Below are positions 14,095 to 28,429 of a stretch of DNA of 64,000 nt, piece after piece. Under the pieces are notes generated by a model. The model ran no database searches. It was not told the origin of the DNA and saw only the letters and a program-made list of their open reading frames with translations. A program made the position numbers and the translations under genes. This DNA comes from Sphyrna mokarran (Eukaryota): the NCBI GenBank assembly GCA_024679065.1, contig JAGIQG010000027.1, positions 28,954,001-29,018,000 of the forward strand, in the 5' to 3' direction. Each line of letters begins with the position of its first letter. Within the stretch, counting starts at the first letter, position 1.

Positions 14095-15020
14095 CAGGAA
14101 CGCAGTAATTAGGAATAGCTTATTCAGCCGCATGAATCTGCTCTGCCATTCAGGTAGACCACGACTGAACCTCTACCTTAAAGCCACTTCCCCACAATTT
14201 CCCCATACTCCTTTATGTCTTTACCAACTAGAAATCCATCAATCTCTCCCTTGAACGTATTAAATCACCAAGCCTCCAGGCTCTCTGGGGTAGAAAATTG
14301 CAAATATTTACTACCCTTTAAGTGAAGAAATTCCTATTCATCTCAGTCCTAAATAGTCTAATATGAGTTTGTCCCATGATCCTAAACCACCACCTCATCT
14401 CAAATACCAACCTCACTCCAAACCAGTGGAAATATCCTTCTTGATATACTACGGACCTTCAGAAAATTGCTGTCTCACCAGTACGTATTTGCTGCTTAAC
14501 AGATGTTCATACAGACTAAGACCGCTACTGGTAATATTAGAAATTAAATGAATGCTTAATGCATTTGTATGGAATTCCAATGCTCATTATTTTAATAAAT
14601 AATCAATCGCTCTGAAAAATTAACCAAGGATAAAATCTATTTCTAGTAACAAATGTCACATTTTTGAAAGTATTTATTCAGGTAGTCAGATCAGAATGAC
14701 AGGATAGAAACAGGGCATTTGGTTCATCATACTCGTGCTGGCTTTTCACTCCCTCAGTCTTTTCCCATTGCTATGCATTATTTCCCTTTCAGGTATTCAT
14801 CCAATTTCCTTTGTAAAATTACTATTGAATCTACTTCATCCCAGAAAATTAAGTAAACCTTCTATGCATTGCTTCTAAATTAATTATATCTTTTTTCATA
14901 CAAGGCGACTAAAACTGTATAGTATTCCAATGCCCTAAAATGTCTCTACTTTTATATCCCATTCCTCTTTCAGTAAATGCCAACTTCCATTTGCTTTCTT
15001 AATCACTTGCTTTATCAGCA
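14095..15020 (-). mobile_element. Two decayed CR1 3'-end fragments (~14095-14450, ~14690-15020)
   Basis: Reverse-complement CR1 tail motifs (ctctggggtagaaaattgcaaa...agtgaagaaattcc). Confidence 0.55.
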
Positions 15021-15469
15021 GGCTCTGCAAACTCTTGGAATTTGTGGCCTGAAATTATGCAATGGAATACCAAGTTGCTCTGAGTTAGTCTGAAATTTCT
15101 TCTGTTGTTTTAGCAAAGGTTAAACTATGTAATATTTGCAATAACTTCAGGACCTTCAAATCAGTAGTTTCAAACATTGCAGATGATATTCTAAAACACC
15201 AATCTGTTATTCAACAAAGTGTATTTATTGTGGACATTTAATTTCAATTCTTGGCTTAATTGTTCTGTTATTTCTTTCAGTTGTCAATGTCTTTATTAGC
15301 CAGGAGATTTCATGCAGCTTATACATCATTTTGATTATGCTGATGAATTAATAATTCTGAAATAATCACTCCAAATATTATCACTGGAAAGTAACTGTCA
15401 ATATATAAACTATCTTTGTCCATTCGCCTTAAAATCATTGCCTCTGGTTTTTGACCCTTCTGCCAACGG

Positions 15470-15777
15470 TCAATGAGAATAGATGGCAGATGGAATTCAA
15501 TCCTGATAAATGCGAGGTGATGCATTTTGGGAGAAAGAATGTAGGGGGGAGGTATATGATAAAAGGTAGACCTATTAAGAATATAGAAACACAGAGGGAC
15601 CTGGGGGTGCAGGTGCACAAGTGTCTGATTGGCAAAAGAAATTTTTCCTAAATTGTGTCAAATTTGGTTCTAATGCATAGATCTACAAACATAGACAGGC
15701 ATCATGGCTAGAAGTGGGAACATCGAGGTGGCAGCGCGGGCTTGTTGAACCGAAGGGCCTGTTTCTTGTTCTTTGTA
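15470..15777 (+). mobile_element. Internally deleted copy of the V-SINE-tailed CR1
   Basis: RWQMEFNPDKCEVMHFGRKNVGGRY...QVHK joined directly to the distal part of the long 3' UTR. Confidence 0.85.
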
Positions 15778-16156
15778 TAACGGAATATTATTCCCTAACA
15801 GTCAAGATAATTTTCTAATTGCAGATCAGAAATGTAATCTTTCAGTGAAAATGTAATCAAGCATTTGTACAGTGTTTTTCACTTACAGGAAATATAACTA
15901 AAAGTTTGGACTGACACTGTACTTGGTGCCAAAATAAGCACTTCAAATCTAACACTCTTATACCACCGATAATAAAAATTTGTTATTACTTGTTGGTTTT
16001 AGAGCCGGGAAACCTATTAAATTATGAATGTTACTTTTTGCCCGCTTCTGTCCCTATACTGACAAGTTCTTATCTTTCCTATTTTCCCCATCATATCAAG
16101 CAGCAACTTCATGATCTGCTGAAGAAGGCAAAGAATTGTTGCTTATATTTAATCTG

Positions 16157-16597
16157 TGTAGTAATTCAGCCAAATACCAGTTTTCCATCGCCAAAGACCC
16201 TTTATTACGTATCAAAGGACCTCCGCTCATTCAATTATCAGTAGACTTCATGGGCTTTTATGATCATCATAACATGCCTCCCCAGCACCCTCACCCAAGA
16301 AGGTCCTTTCCATCGCTTAGTGAGCATTCGGAATTCCATCAAAGACGGACTGGGTCCGACGGCATAACTGAGTAGGGGACCTTCATTTCCTGAAGGTGTT
16401 TTGCCGTAATTTTTCAATCAGCCTGCGTAATCATGAAACCCATGCAGAACATCTCCAACCATTTGATGTGTGTATCTACCATATTTAAAAACATGGAAAC
16501 TAATAAAGGGCCCTGTAAAGTCCACAGGTACACACTTGATCTTTGTTGTCAATGTACTAATTCAGCCAAATACCATATTCCCATCACCAAAGATCAT
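16157..16597 (-). mobile_element. Internally deleted Ty3/Gypsy LTR retrotransposon
   Basis: 3' LTR TGTTATG...AATAAA...ACTACA (16274-16157) after a purine tract; matching 5' LTR end at 16597-16553; PBS-like TTGACAACAAAGAT; integrase fragment VDFTGPF/MFLNMVDTHIKWLEM/IEKLRQ. Confidence 0.72.
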
Positions 16598-16705
16598 CTA
16601 GACTTGAAACATCAGCTCTTTTCTCTTTACAGATGCTGCCAGACCTACTGAGATTTTTCAGCATTTTCTTTTTTGGTTTCAGATTCGCAGTAATTTGCTT
16701 TTAGC
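16595..16705 (+). mobile_element. Penelope-like tail fragment (second family)
   Basis: gacttgaaacatcagctc...acagatgctgccagacctactgagatttttcagcattttc, similar to 1-80. Confidence 0.55.
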
Positions 16706-18639
16706 CACAACAGTAATCCTGGAAAGAGATGCTGAAGACATCAACACTTCCAGAATCACCACAAGGACCTGAAGTTCAATGCAGGAAATGATTTTGTGAG
16801 TGGATCAGGATAGTAAGGGTGAGATGCACATTTTCCTATTTCCATTTATATATGCATTTACATTGCTTTTTAATACTTGCCCCCACCAACAAGAATACTG
16901 AACTCCTCTTCTCCCACATTCTGTTTCCTCACCACATAAAATAGGTCATGACACAGTTATTCTTCTTGTTATAACACTTGCCTGCTGTTTTTATTCTCAA
17001 CAGTCATAAACAACAGTCTGGGTTCATCTACTGATTATAAAGCCTTTTATTCTTCTACTAATTATTTTCATAATTTCTCACTGTACTCATCATGCAAAGA
17101 GGAACTTATTATTCTTAATATCTGTTACTGTTCTCATCTTGCATGTTCATGAGATTAAAAGCCTCATACAGATATTACTTTACAACAAATAAATAGTAAG
17201 GACAACATTTTCCAGGCTCTGGGGCTATTTGAATGTATTGGTGAGAGCTGGGAAAATAGGTAGGAAGTTTCTCAGGGGTAAAATGTGAATTAGCTACTCC
17301 CACCACAGCCCTTGATGCCACTAATTAAGGGCCCCATTGGGTATTTTACTGGCAGGAGAGGCTGCAGCCAGAGACTCCATTTTCTGAACTGGTGGGTCAC
17401 AAGTATCTGAGGATGCTTCCTACAATCCAAAGATCCAACTGGGAGTGTTCCTCTGATTTGAGGGGTTTACCACCTTCTCCTCTCTTAAATAATTGTTTAT
17501 TTTTACAGAGAATATCTCCATTCTGTGACACCTTCATGATCTCTTTCTTGCCTCAGAAGTGCTCTCATCTCCTGAACAAACTTTAGAAACATAGAGCTTA
17601 ACAGCACAGAAAGAGGCTTTCATATCTGCACCGGCCACCAAGCATCTACCTATTCTAATCCCATTTTCCAGCACTTGGCCTGTATGCTCAGGCATCAAAA
17701 CCTTGTGACTAGGCCAACAGAATCAGGAACCTGTCCACCATCCTTCATAGAATGGACAGCACAGATGTAGCCAATTAGAATGATATCTCTGGAAAAATAG
17801 TTCTTGCAAATCTGGCTCATAATAAATTTTAGATACCCATGTCAGGCTCCTGAGGCCTTGGGAAAATTCTTTCCTAACTTTCAAGAGATAGTAGCCCACA
17901 AAAGAGGACCTAAACTAAGGTGGTGGACTATCTCTAATAACTCTTTACTCAAAATAAGATATTGGAGTCAGAAGTCTTTTAGATAAGAAGACCTGCACAA
18001 GCTCACAGAGGGTGACTGCCTTTTTATTATTCCAATTCTCAAAATATCATGCATCTAGATCATGTGACATCTTGCTGCTGTCTAACACTGTTAATTATCA
18101 TTTTTTTGTTAACTGGTATCTCCATAGTATTTTCTGTCCTCCTTTAGGTTATGATGAAGCTATAGCTTAGAGAGAGAGCCCTCTCTGAGGAACACTGTCA
18201 TTCACTTCAGTTTTTCCAAATGCTAGAAATCAGCAGGCTGGCTAGAATAATTAATGAGGTATAGGGGGAATGACACAAAAGAATTCAAATTGCTCTTGTG
18301 AACAGGAACATAGAACAGTGGAAAGGGAAGACAGAACATGATTTGCCAGAGGGTAAATTTTGGTCCTACCCAGACTAGAGAGGTTTTCACAGTCATCGGA
18401 GGCCCAGACTATGAAAAGAGACTCCATGACATATACAAATGATTCTGGGAGTATTAGGTTACTGTAACAAGTTACTGGAACATATTTACACTAGTTTCAT
18501 TTGAGTGTACAACATTTTAGCCAGTGGTCTGAGCAGTCTGTAACCTACTATGGTGTACAAATCCACCTATGACGTCTGCCAGAAGTCTGGATTACAAGTT
18601 GAAGTAGCTTTGATCAAAACTCTGACCTGATGCAATTTA

Positions 18640-19060
18640 GGCACAAAAGATATGCCACTTAGCCCCTTGAGCCTGTTCTATCAATTAGATCATGGCTGAG
18701 CATTTTACCAGCTTTGGTTCAACATTTCTTTAATGGCCTTACCTAACAAAAAAATTCTAAAACCTAATTTTAGAAATTTAACAGTGGAAGTTTCACTTTT
18801 CCTTTGTCTTTTCTGTGAAGTGTTTCCTGACATCCCCTTTTCTGAGTTCCTCCACTAAATGAAATAATTACTCTCGACCCAACCAAATACTTCAATCACT
18901 TTAAACACCTCAAATAGATTATTCTTTAATCGCCTATATTTGAAAGAATACAAGTACTTTGAATAAAATAGAATAATATAATTCTGGTAAATCTGTGCTG
19001 TACTCCTTCAATGTCCAATATATCCATCCTGAGATGTGCTGCAGAACTGAAAGTAGAGTT
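18640..19060 (-). mobile_element. Decayed CR1 3' fragment
   Basis: ORF 18926..19120 LRMDILDIEGVQHRFTRII. Confidence 0.6.
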
Positions 19061-19931
19061 ACCAACATTTACATCAGTGTTATCCAAATTCACCACATGG
19101 TGAGTGTATTTGCCAAACACATGGCAAATTGGTGCTGTTCCTTTTTAGAGCTACATCATACTGAGTTTTGTTAAAAGTTTCAGCAGGGGATTCCAGTACT
19201 CACTAGACTACTACTTGTTACCCATCCATAACTGAGCAAGGAAGAATTCAACTTCAAGAAAGAAACAAACAAAAGACTGTCGTTTGTTACCTTCTCTGTT
19301 CCTGTTCTCTCTAGGTGTTTCTGATGAGATATTTGATTGTGCTCTGTGAAGTGCTGTGAAAGTAGCATCCACCACTTTCAGAAGGACAACAGCCCAAATG
19401 CTCGTTTTGGAAATGGCATGAGTTAGAACATATGCGAAGCAAGGTTCAGAACGTTGAAGCAACTGTGTACAGACTTGCCGATTATTTTCTTACCCAGGTT
19501 TCTGAATATAATAGGAACACTTTTTTCATGAAGAAATTTTGTTTTTGAAATAAACTATGAGGAACAATTTATTTTATTAAGAGATTGCCAGCATCCTAGT
19601 TAGCAGCCAGTTAGAGTGTAAATAGCAGGCTTGCCTTACAGAAAAGTTGAATGTCAAAATCTTTTTGAAGCTGTTCTCTTGCTTCTAACAATAAGTGTAT
19701 TATTCTTGATTACTTGATTTTGATTATTTTCAATATACTGCACATTTGTATTATACTGAATATGGTGATTGTCTCAAGTTTGACAAGCATTGAAATTGTA
19801 TTGGATAATACTGATTGACAGTGTTCTTTCTTATCCTTGGCAATGTGTGTACAGGGCAAATGATGGTTACCATTTCCCATTGCCAAAGGAATCAATTATG
19901 TTTTAAGTGCAATTACTGTCATTATGTCCTA

Positions 19932-20010
19932 ACACAGTAAGAAGTCTGACAACACCAGGTTTAAGTCCAACCGATTTATTTGATAGTAAACTCAGAAGCT
20001 TTAGAGGTGT
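19932..20010 (-). mobile_element. Penelope-like terminal fragment (same family as the 51.6-53.5 kb palindrome)
   Basis: cacagtaagaagtctgacaacaccaggtttaagtccaaccgatttatttgatagtaaac. Confidence 0.8.
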
Positions 20011-20499
20011 TTCGAGCTCTGTTGGAAGTCCATAATTGAGAGATAAGACGGATCAGAATTGGAGAAAATTCTTAAGCATCTGCTGCTGTTTTAGCATGCA
20101 AATAGCTTGCTCAATTAATACTACTATACTTCCATGGCTATCATTGTTCCAGCTTGCAGTTAGAGTTTATGGCTGTTGGATAATTTTTTTTATAATCCTT
20201 TTACTCTGCCCATCATTGGTAATCCTTAACCTCTAATTTCTGTACTTGGTCAAAAATGTGGAATTTTTGGCCCAATTTAGCATAAATGCATTATGTCTGC
20301 TACCAATGAACCATGCACACACCAGCATACTCTGATGAAGGTCACACACCAGTGGAACATTTAGAGAATAGCAGCCCTTGCTATTTGTAAAAGGTCCTGG
20401 CTCGTGTGCTTGTTCCTTAGTTTCATATGAATACAGTCAATAATAACTTGCAATTGGAACTTGGCAATTGTTGCAAATCACATTGCAATGTCACATTGA

Positions 20500-20700
20500 C
20501 TGGTGGCACTTATGGGTAAATACTGGCATCTGTTGTTCTACATAGGTATGTGCAACTGTCAGGCTAATATATGCCATGAACCTGATACGTAGCTAAAGGA
20601 CAACAAAGCAATAAAAATTGAAGGCAACTAATACTGTGATTGCTACTGACAGTGATAAGATGTCAAAGAAGGTCACAGCTTCTGTTGCAGAAGATCTAGT
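20500..20700 (-). mobile_element. Harbinger transposase remnant
   Basis: Minus strand SLSVAITVLVAFNFY; heavily decayed. Confidence 0.35.
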
Positions 20701-21850
20701 TTTTGATGGGAGAATCTGAGCCTTCTTAAATATGATCCACTAGCAAGCTTTTTCTAACTGATCTACAGAATGTATATGAAGAGTAGGGTCATTTCTGTAC
20801 AAACACTCTCATGTGTGGTACACTTATAGCAATTGCTGCATATCCAGCATGCTTATCTTCCTCTGCTGCTCCTCTTCTTTGTGTAATTGGGTTCTTAAAA
20901 TTAATCCCATTTGTACATCTTAGCACACATCTTCCTGCAAGGCTAACAAAAATCTTCAGGAAATCTCTACTATATTCAATTCTGGAGTTGTAAACATTTC
21001 CACATTACTCAATTTCAACAAATGTATTCACTGGCTTGAATATTCTGGATGATGGGCTTCCCATTTTCCAAAATGTTGGCAGGTAAAAATATCCCTGCCC
21101 ACTCTGTCTTGCAGCCATTTCTTACTCAAATGAGTAACAATGGTCAGTGGGCAGGACCTTCGCTACTTGCTTAGGAAGAAGTCTCGGCATAGAGGACTGC
21201 TGGCTAATCATCTCTCTCGTCACTGAAATGATATATATGCCGGTTGCAGTGGACAGACAAGGAAGCTTAAGAGGATGCCAAGATTAAAGTCCCAGGATTG
21301 GATGGCAAGTACGTTTTTGGGGTTTTGGGACTCTGAGGTGGGGAGATGAGGGAAGAGAAAGCCTCAGAATGTGTCTCATTATCTGAGCAAGACAGAGCAC
21401 AGTTTATTTTCTAATTTGTGTGTGTGTCCTGAGTTTGAAGAGTTTAATAACAAAATGTCTTATTCCTAGCATTGACATCTCTTCCCTTAAAGGGAGATAA
21501 ACAATCAGGAATTAAAAATTATTTATCTTTGTTCGATTACTTATTTCTCTAGTTTCATGGTTAGCTCAAATCTGAATTCGTTACTATTTTGTTAGCAATT
21601 AGTTAAAAAAAAAGCTACTAACTGACAAACAATAAAACATTCCAATGGTTAAGGAATATTACAGTAATTATGTGCATAATAAATTGTGTGCAAAAATAGC
21701 AGATTTATGATAACTATGGTCAATTAATGATAAATCTACTTTGGTCTATATGTAACTAAAGTTTGAAAAGCAACACAAATTTTAAATAGAAAATGTCTGA
21801 ATTATACCTAAGCAGATAAACAAATGAAATATCACCAATTAACCAATCTA

Positions 21851-22057
<207 letters not shown>

Positions 22058-23384
22058 TTAAATTTACAAAAGAGAAAAACATTTTCAGGTGACAATTTAG
22101 CAGAAGTTTTTACTGAATTGTCAAACCAGAAACCTGACACCCATACAATATGACAATGACACAACCAAAAAATGAGGAAAAAACCCTATCATATCCATTC
22201 TTTTATAAATGATGTAAAATTTGTGCAATTTTGCACTCATTTTAGCCTGTGTGGAAGATTATAAAATATTGTACTTGCATATTAAAGGGTATTTCTGATT
22301 TTAGGCTGAGGCATGATGTTGAAGCAAACTATAATGACCTTCAGTCTGACTGTGCGACCTGATTTGAGATTCTGGCATTATGTGCTTGAAGTAGGAAAAA
22401 TGTCATTTTCAGCAATAAAATCTCTCTTGATAAGAGAGATTTAAAAGGGCATAATTATGGAGGGGAATAGAATATAAATATTCCAGATATTTAATGGAAA
22501 GGAAATAAACTAATTGTCAAAAGAATAGGTTTCAATAGCAAATCAAACAACAAACTATAATATTTCCCTGTAATATGTCCAATACAGGTAAGCATTAATC
22601 TACAACTTTGTCAGAACTCGTAAAATTTGGTATGGAGAATGAATATAAAATAACATGGATGACAAATTTCTGCAATGAGGCATATTTATTCCTTCCCAAG
22701 AATGCCTCTAGGAAAATCAGGTAGAATATGACTTGGACACAAGTTCCCAAATTTCTGACTTATGCCAACATGCTCTCCATCAGATTGAGTCTGGGAAAAT
22801 TAGATTCCTGATCTCTTGTGATGACAAAAGAGAGAGAAAAAACAAACAAGTACCAATTTTACTTATGCTATAAATTTCACTAATGTACCAAAAACATTCA
22901 GATCTGTGGATTTTAAACAATCATTTAAAAATTGATTAAATGGCATTGATAAAATCCATCAATTGAAATAAAGAAACATTAAATCATAATTCAGATTATA
23001 CTGCAATACACATAAAACACAACCATGGACAAAAGGATGAAATAGAATATTTATAAAAAAATGTTAAAACTATGCAAGCAAAACATCTTACAATGACAGG
23101 TGTGTACTATAATGGAAATGTGGTACAATTTGAGGTGAAAGTATCCTGATTCGCACCAAATGAAAATCCACCTCCCTTGTCATAAAACAGATGGTAATAC
23201 AAAACAAACTTAGTGGGAAGCATATTTTTGAAACAGCACAGCAAATTTGCAATACTTCAAAAGTAATGTTGAAACAAGCAGAGATTTAAAGTAAAGCATT
23301 AATCTCTGTTGGGTATATAGCTACTGGAATAAATCTAGGTGGAGACTATGCAACTCACTTCATTATTCCTGTATTTTAAAAAAA

Positions 23385-23615
23385 TTATTTCACAGAATGA
23401 GTGAATCCTTGCCAGGCAGGTTTTAATTGCTCATCACTAATTGCCTTGAGAAGGTGCATTCTTGAATCACTTAGTCCATTTGATGTAGATACATCTACAG
23501 TGCTGCTAGGGAATTCCAAGATTTTAACCCGGTTATAGTGAAAGAATAGCAATTTAATTTCAAGTTGTGATAGTGTGTAGCTTGCAGGGGAACTTGCACA
23601 TGATGGTGATCCCAC
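23385..23615 (-). mobile_element. 3' end of old CR1-clade LINE (family of 10605-11915)
   Basis: Reverse-complement similarity to ~11680-11910. Confidence 0.6.
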
Positions 23616-23857
23616 AGATGGAATTTTAGGAGCTTTTTTCCAAAGTGTCAGGAGGGCATGAAACTGGGAGGGTTCCAGGTCCGCTTTTTGGCTGTGTTTT
23701 CAGGCCCAAACTTATGCACTCTAGTTTTTAAAATTTTGGACAAATCCATGTCTTGTTACAGAAGACAATGGTGGGGTTTAACGTACTCAGCCTGTGGAGA
23801 GAGATACTATGCATATGCAGACCTCTGATACAGAGAGAGAGCTGTCAGGTCCCTACT

Positions 23858-23920
23858 ATGATGTAGAGATGCTGGTGCTGGACTGGACTTAAACCTGGTG
23901 TTGTCAGACTTCTTACTGTG
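23858..23920. mobile_element. Collapsed Penelope-like palindrome scar with TSD
   Basis: Left terminus atgatgtagagatgctggtgctggactgg fused to right terminus acttaaacctggtgttgtcagacttcttactgtg; flanks ggtccctact / ggtccctgct. Confidence 0.75.
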
Positions 23921-24299
23921 GTCCCTGCTATAGCAAGCAGCTTCAACCAGCACCCCATCCCCTGCAACTGCAGGGGCCTACAGCCCAAATGCAGCCACCA
24001 CCGCCAAATCCAATTGCACTCCTGCATCCCCTGCCCAATCTATTGCATATAGAGTGGCAGGGGGCCCCCCCTCTCCCTCCAGATTCGACCCCCATTGACT
24101 CCTCACCCCAAAAAATGGCCCCACAGGCTCCACTCCCTGGCATTACCCCATGGTCCTGCCTCCTGGCACTGCCCAGCAGGCATTACCCAGGTGCCAGGGT
24201 GGGAATGCCCTCCACCCCCATCCCTCTTACCCCACCCCTCCTTCCTCCTCCATCCCACCCCTTCTTCCCCCTCCCTGCCAGAATTGGTACATTTCTGCA

Positions 24300-25560
24300 T
24301 TCCTCCGAATTCAGTAAAATCAATATAAAGTGGTGCTACCAAGAACTGAATGCAGTGCTCCAGATGTCATCAAACCATAACTATCTGCAACTGTAATATA
24401 ACCTCCGTCCTTTTCTTTTACAGCCTTCTGTTAGCTAGATTGTAGTAAATTCTGTACATGGATCCTAAATATTTTTGTTCCTCTGGTTTCTAGCTTCTTA
24501 CAATTTAGAAAATACTCTGATTGATCTTCTTTTGTTCTAAGCGGATGCTCCCACTTCCCAAAGTTGAAATCCATCTGTAAGTTTTGTCAAATCACTTAAT
24601 CTATCACTGACCCATTGCAATGTTCCATTCCCCATGCTACTCACTGAGTCAGCTAATTTAATGTAATCAGTGAACTTGAACATGGACTTTCTACCCCTTC
24701 AGAGAAGTCATTGATAAATATTGCATAGTGAAAAGTTCAAGCTATAGAAGATTCCTGGGGGGAGATCAGAAGTTATATTCAATCAAATGGCGTTCGTAAT
24801 CATTATGCGTATCCTCAGTCTTCAAACTAATTTGCAATGTCCAATGGTTGCTCCCAGTTCCATTATTTTCTTCCCTAATAGTCTCTCTGGTGAAACCCTG
24901 AATCATGGGGGAATATAGAATCATGGGGGAATATAGAATCAGGGGGACAGCAAAGGGTCTCCCATTTAATATGAAGGTGGAGACAAATTTCTTCTGAGGA
25001 TCTTTAATCTGTAGAATTCACTTCCACAGACAGCAGTGGAGACCTGGTCATTAAATATATACAAGGCTGAGCTAGTCAGATGTTTTGATTGACATTGGAG
25101 TCAAAGGTTTTGGGAAACAGGCAGGAAAATGAAGTTAAGACATAATGAGATCAGGCATGAAGCAGGCTTAATGGGAATAAATGTCCTACTCTTGCTCCTA
25201 TTTCTTGTGATTATGAAATTGTTGAATGTCTTTTGAAGCTGCATATAAATGACATCAGTACGCATTCCCTTACTTTACATGTCGTTAAACTCTTAAAAAA
25301 ATTTAACCAGTTTGGTTAGAAATACTTTATCCTTTGCAAATTCATGCTGGTTCTTTGATCAATTTCAATTTGTCAAGATACTCAGTTAATTGTCTAATAA
25401 CTGGCCCACAACAAACACAAGACTACTAAGTCGATAATTTCTTGGTGTTTGTGTCTTCAACCCTTCTTAATTAGAGAGTTACCTTCAGAGTTTTCCAGCC
25501 AAAAGGTAACAACTCTCGAATCAAGAATTTTAAAAAAACAGGACTCCATCTCCAATTTCC
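24300..25560. mobile_element. Decayed CR1 (minus) with a nested plus-strand CR1 tail (~24900-25215)
   Basis: ccaagaactgaatgcagtgctccag..., aaagttgaaatccatctg; 18-bp tandem duplication gaatcatgggggaatata at ~24900-24936. Confidence 0.55.
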
Positions 25561-26427
25561 ACACTTACTTGATTTCCAAGATTGTGTTTTAAATAATTAA
25601 GTTCTGGAGATTTGTCAATATTCAGTCTTTTTACCCAGAATCCATAACAACAGATAAAAATCTCTGACCCTGTAATAAAGCTATGTCAACACAATCCCAG
25701 AGACAACAGCTTTTATCTGTCATTGTGCACATCAGTACAAAAGCCATTACATAACATTAGATAATATTTACTGCACAGAAATAAGCCATTCAGCTCAACC
25801 AGTCCAGGCCAGTGTTTGTACTTCATTTGAGCCTCCTCCAAATCTTACTCCATCTAAATCTACCATTCTCATCCTCCATTTTCTTCAGCTTTATATACTG
25901 GCTTTGCTTCCTTAAATTAATTTATACTATCTGCTTCAATAAATCCCTGAAGTAGCAAGTGCCACACACACACAAAAACTGTTTTTTCAAAAAAAAAAAC
26001 ACATTGCTATTTTGTCCTCATCTCCATATCCCCTATGCTAAGTTTTAAAGCACACATTGAAGGCAGACTATAATCGTAATTTGTCAGTATCTGTGGTTTC
26101 AAGGAGAAATTTGCATTTGTTACATTGTAAGTTATTGGGAATCATCAGTAGTGTCTTTTTTTTTTAAAAAGAGGTGCTTGTAGCTTTCACTGTAATTCAT
26201 TGTCAAGGTTCACTTCATTGCTGGACCAAGTAATACTTCATTATATGCCGAAATAAATGAAATATTTACTTTGAGCCACTAGATCATATATAGCTATGAG
26301 TTCTTTGATCATTCATATGGCCTACAAGAGGGTTCAGTTCTGATATTTAAAAAGCAAAAAAAAACCATAGGAATTTGTCAGTTAGTTCAATATCACTTAT
26401 AGAAAAGTGATAAAAAATTAGGGATGA

Positions 26428-28420
26428 TTATAGAACATTGAGAAACTACAGCATAAACAGGCCCTTTGGCCCACAAGTTGCGCTGATGATATCTGTACCT
26501 ACTAGACTTACCTACAACCCTCAATTCTATTAAGTTCCACGTACTCATCCAGAAGTCTCGTGAAAGACCCTATCAAATTTGCCTCCACCACCACCACCAG
26601 TCGATTCCACTCACCCACCACCTGATATCTCCTCCGTATCTACTCTCCAGCACCTTAAACCTGTGTCCTCTCATAGCAACCATTCCAGCCCTTGGAAAAA
26701 GCCTCAGAGAATCCATCCGATCTATACCTCTCAACATTTCATACACTTCTATCAGGTCACCTCTCATCCCTCGTCTCTGTAAGGAGAAAAGACCGAGCTC
26801 CCTCAACCTATCCTCGTAAGGCATGCCATCCAATCCAGGCAACATCCTTATAAATCTCCTCTGCACCCTTTCAATAGCTTCCACATCCTTCCTGTACTGA
26901 GGCGACCAGAACTGAGCACAGTATTCCAAGAGAGGTCTGACTAGGGTCTTATAAAACTGCAACATCATCTCCCGACTGCTAACCTCAATCCCTTGATTGA
27001 TGAAGCCTCCTTAACCACATCCTCTACCTGAGAGGCCGATTTAAGAATCCTATGGACCCAGACCCCAAGGTCCTTTTAATCCTCTACACATCGAAGAGTC
27101 TGACCCTTGATATTATACTCCTTTATCCCATTTGGCCAGCTAAAATGAACCACTACACATTTATCCAGGTTAAAGTCCATCTATGGTCTTTTTTTTTTTG
27201 CTTTTTAAATATCAAGATGATCTGCCCAGCCTAGCATCCTATCTATGTCACACTGCAAATTCTGACATCCGTCCAAACTATTTACAACACCACTAACCTT
27301 ACCATCCCATCCCTCCACTTCCTCATGCAGGTCATTTATGTAAATTACAAACAGCAAGGGTCCCAGAACAGATTCCTGGGGCACTCCACTGGTGACTGAC
27401 CTCCATGCAGAAAAAGACCCATCTACAACCACTCTCTATATTCTGTGGGCAAGCCAGTTCTGAATCCACAAGGCAACACCCCTTGGATCCCATGCCCTCT
27501 CACTTTCTCAAGAAGTCTTGCACGGAGGACCTTATCAAACGCCTTGCTGAAGTCCATATAAATCATATCTATCACTCTTCCTTTGTCAATGTATTTAGTC
27601 ACATTTTCAAAGAACTTAAACAGGCTCGTAAGGCACGATCTACCTTTGACAAAGCCGTGTTGACCACTACTGAGCATACTAAATTTCTCTAAATATTCAT
27701 AAATCCTGTCCATCAACTTACCAACCACTGAGGTTAGACTCACTGGTCAATAATTTCCTGGGCTATCCCTCTTCACTTTCTTTAATGAAGGAACCACATT
27801 TGCAATCCTCTGGAACCTCTTCCGTCTCCATCGACGATGCAAAGATCATCACCAGAGGTTTTGCAATCTCTTCCCTGGCTTCCCACATTAACCTGGGGTA
27901 CATCCCATCTGATCCTGGTGATTTATCTATCTTGATGCTATTCAAAACTTCCAACACATCCTCTTTATTAATGTCCACATACTCAATCTTTTCAGTCCAC
28001 CCCAAGCCTGCAGTACCACCATCCAGATCTTTTTTAAGCGTGAATACCGAGGTAAAGTATTCATTAAACACCTGTGCTATTTCTACCGGTTCTGTACAAA
28101 TTTTCCCACCTTCACATTTTATAGTTCCTATTTCTTCACATCTCGTCCTTTTACTCTTCACTATTTGTAGAATGCCTTAGGGTCTGCCAAGACCTTCTCA
28201 TGACTCCTCCTGGCTCTCCTAATTTCCTTCTTAAGTTCTTTCCTATAAACTGTGTACTCCTCTAGATCCGTAACATCCCCTAGCTCTCTGAATCTTTTGT
28301 ACGCTTTAGTTTTCTTTTTGACTAGGTTCATTACAACTTTCGCGCACGTGGTTCCCGTAACCTACCAAAACCTCCCTGTCTTATTGGAACATTGTTATGC
28401 AGAACTCTAGACAAACATTG
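26428..28420 (-). mobile_element. CR1 LINE, 5'-truncated ORF2 with frameshifts
   Basis: ORFs 26573..26968, 27205..27432, 27423..27743, 27763..28161: KSPGSDG, QHGFVKGRSCLTSL, DFSKAFDKV, SGVPQESVLGPLLF. Confidence 0.92.
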
Positions 28421-28429
28421 AGGGGATTG

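Noticed and set aside
23989-24396. 135-aa proline-rich ORF
   Set aside because: C-rich interior of a decayed repeat running into a CR1 fragment; no splice or homology support
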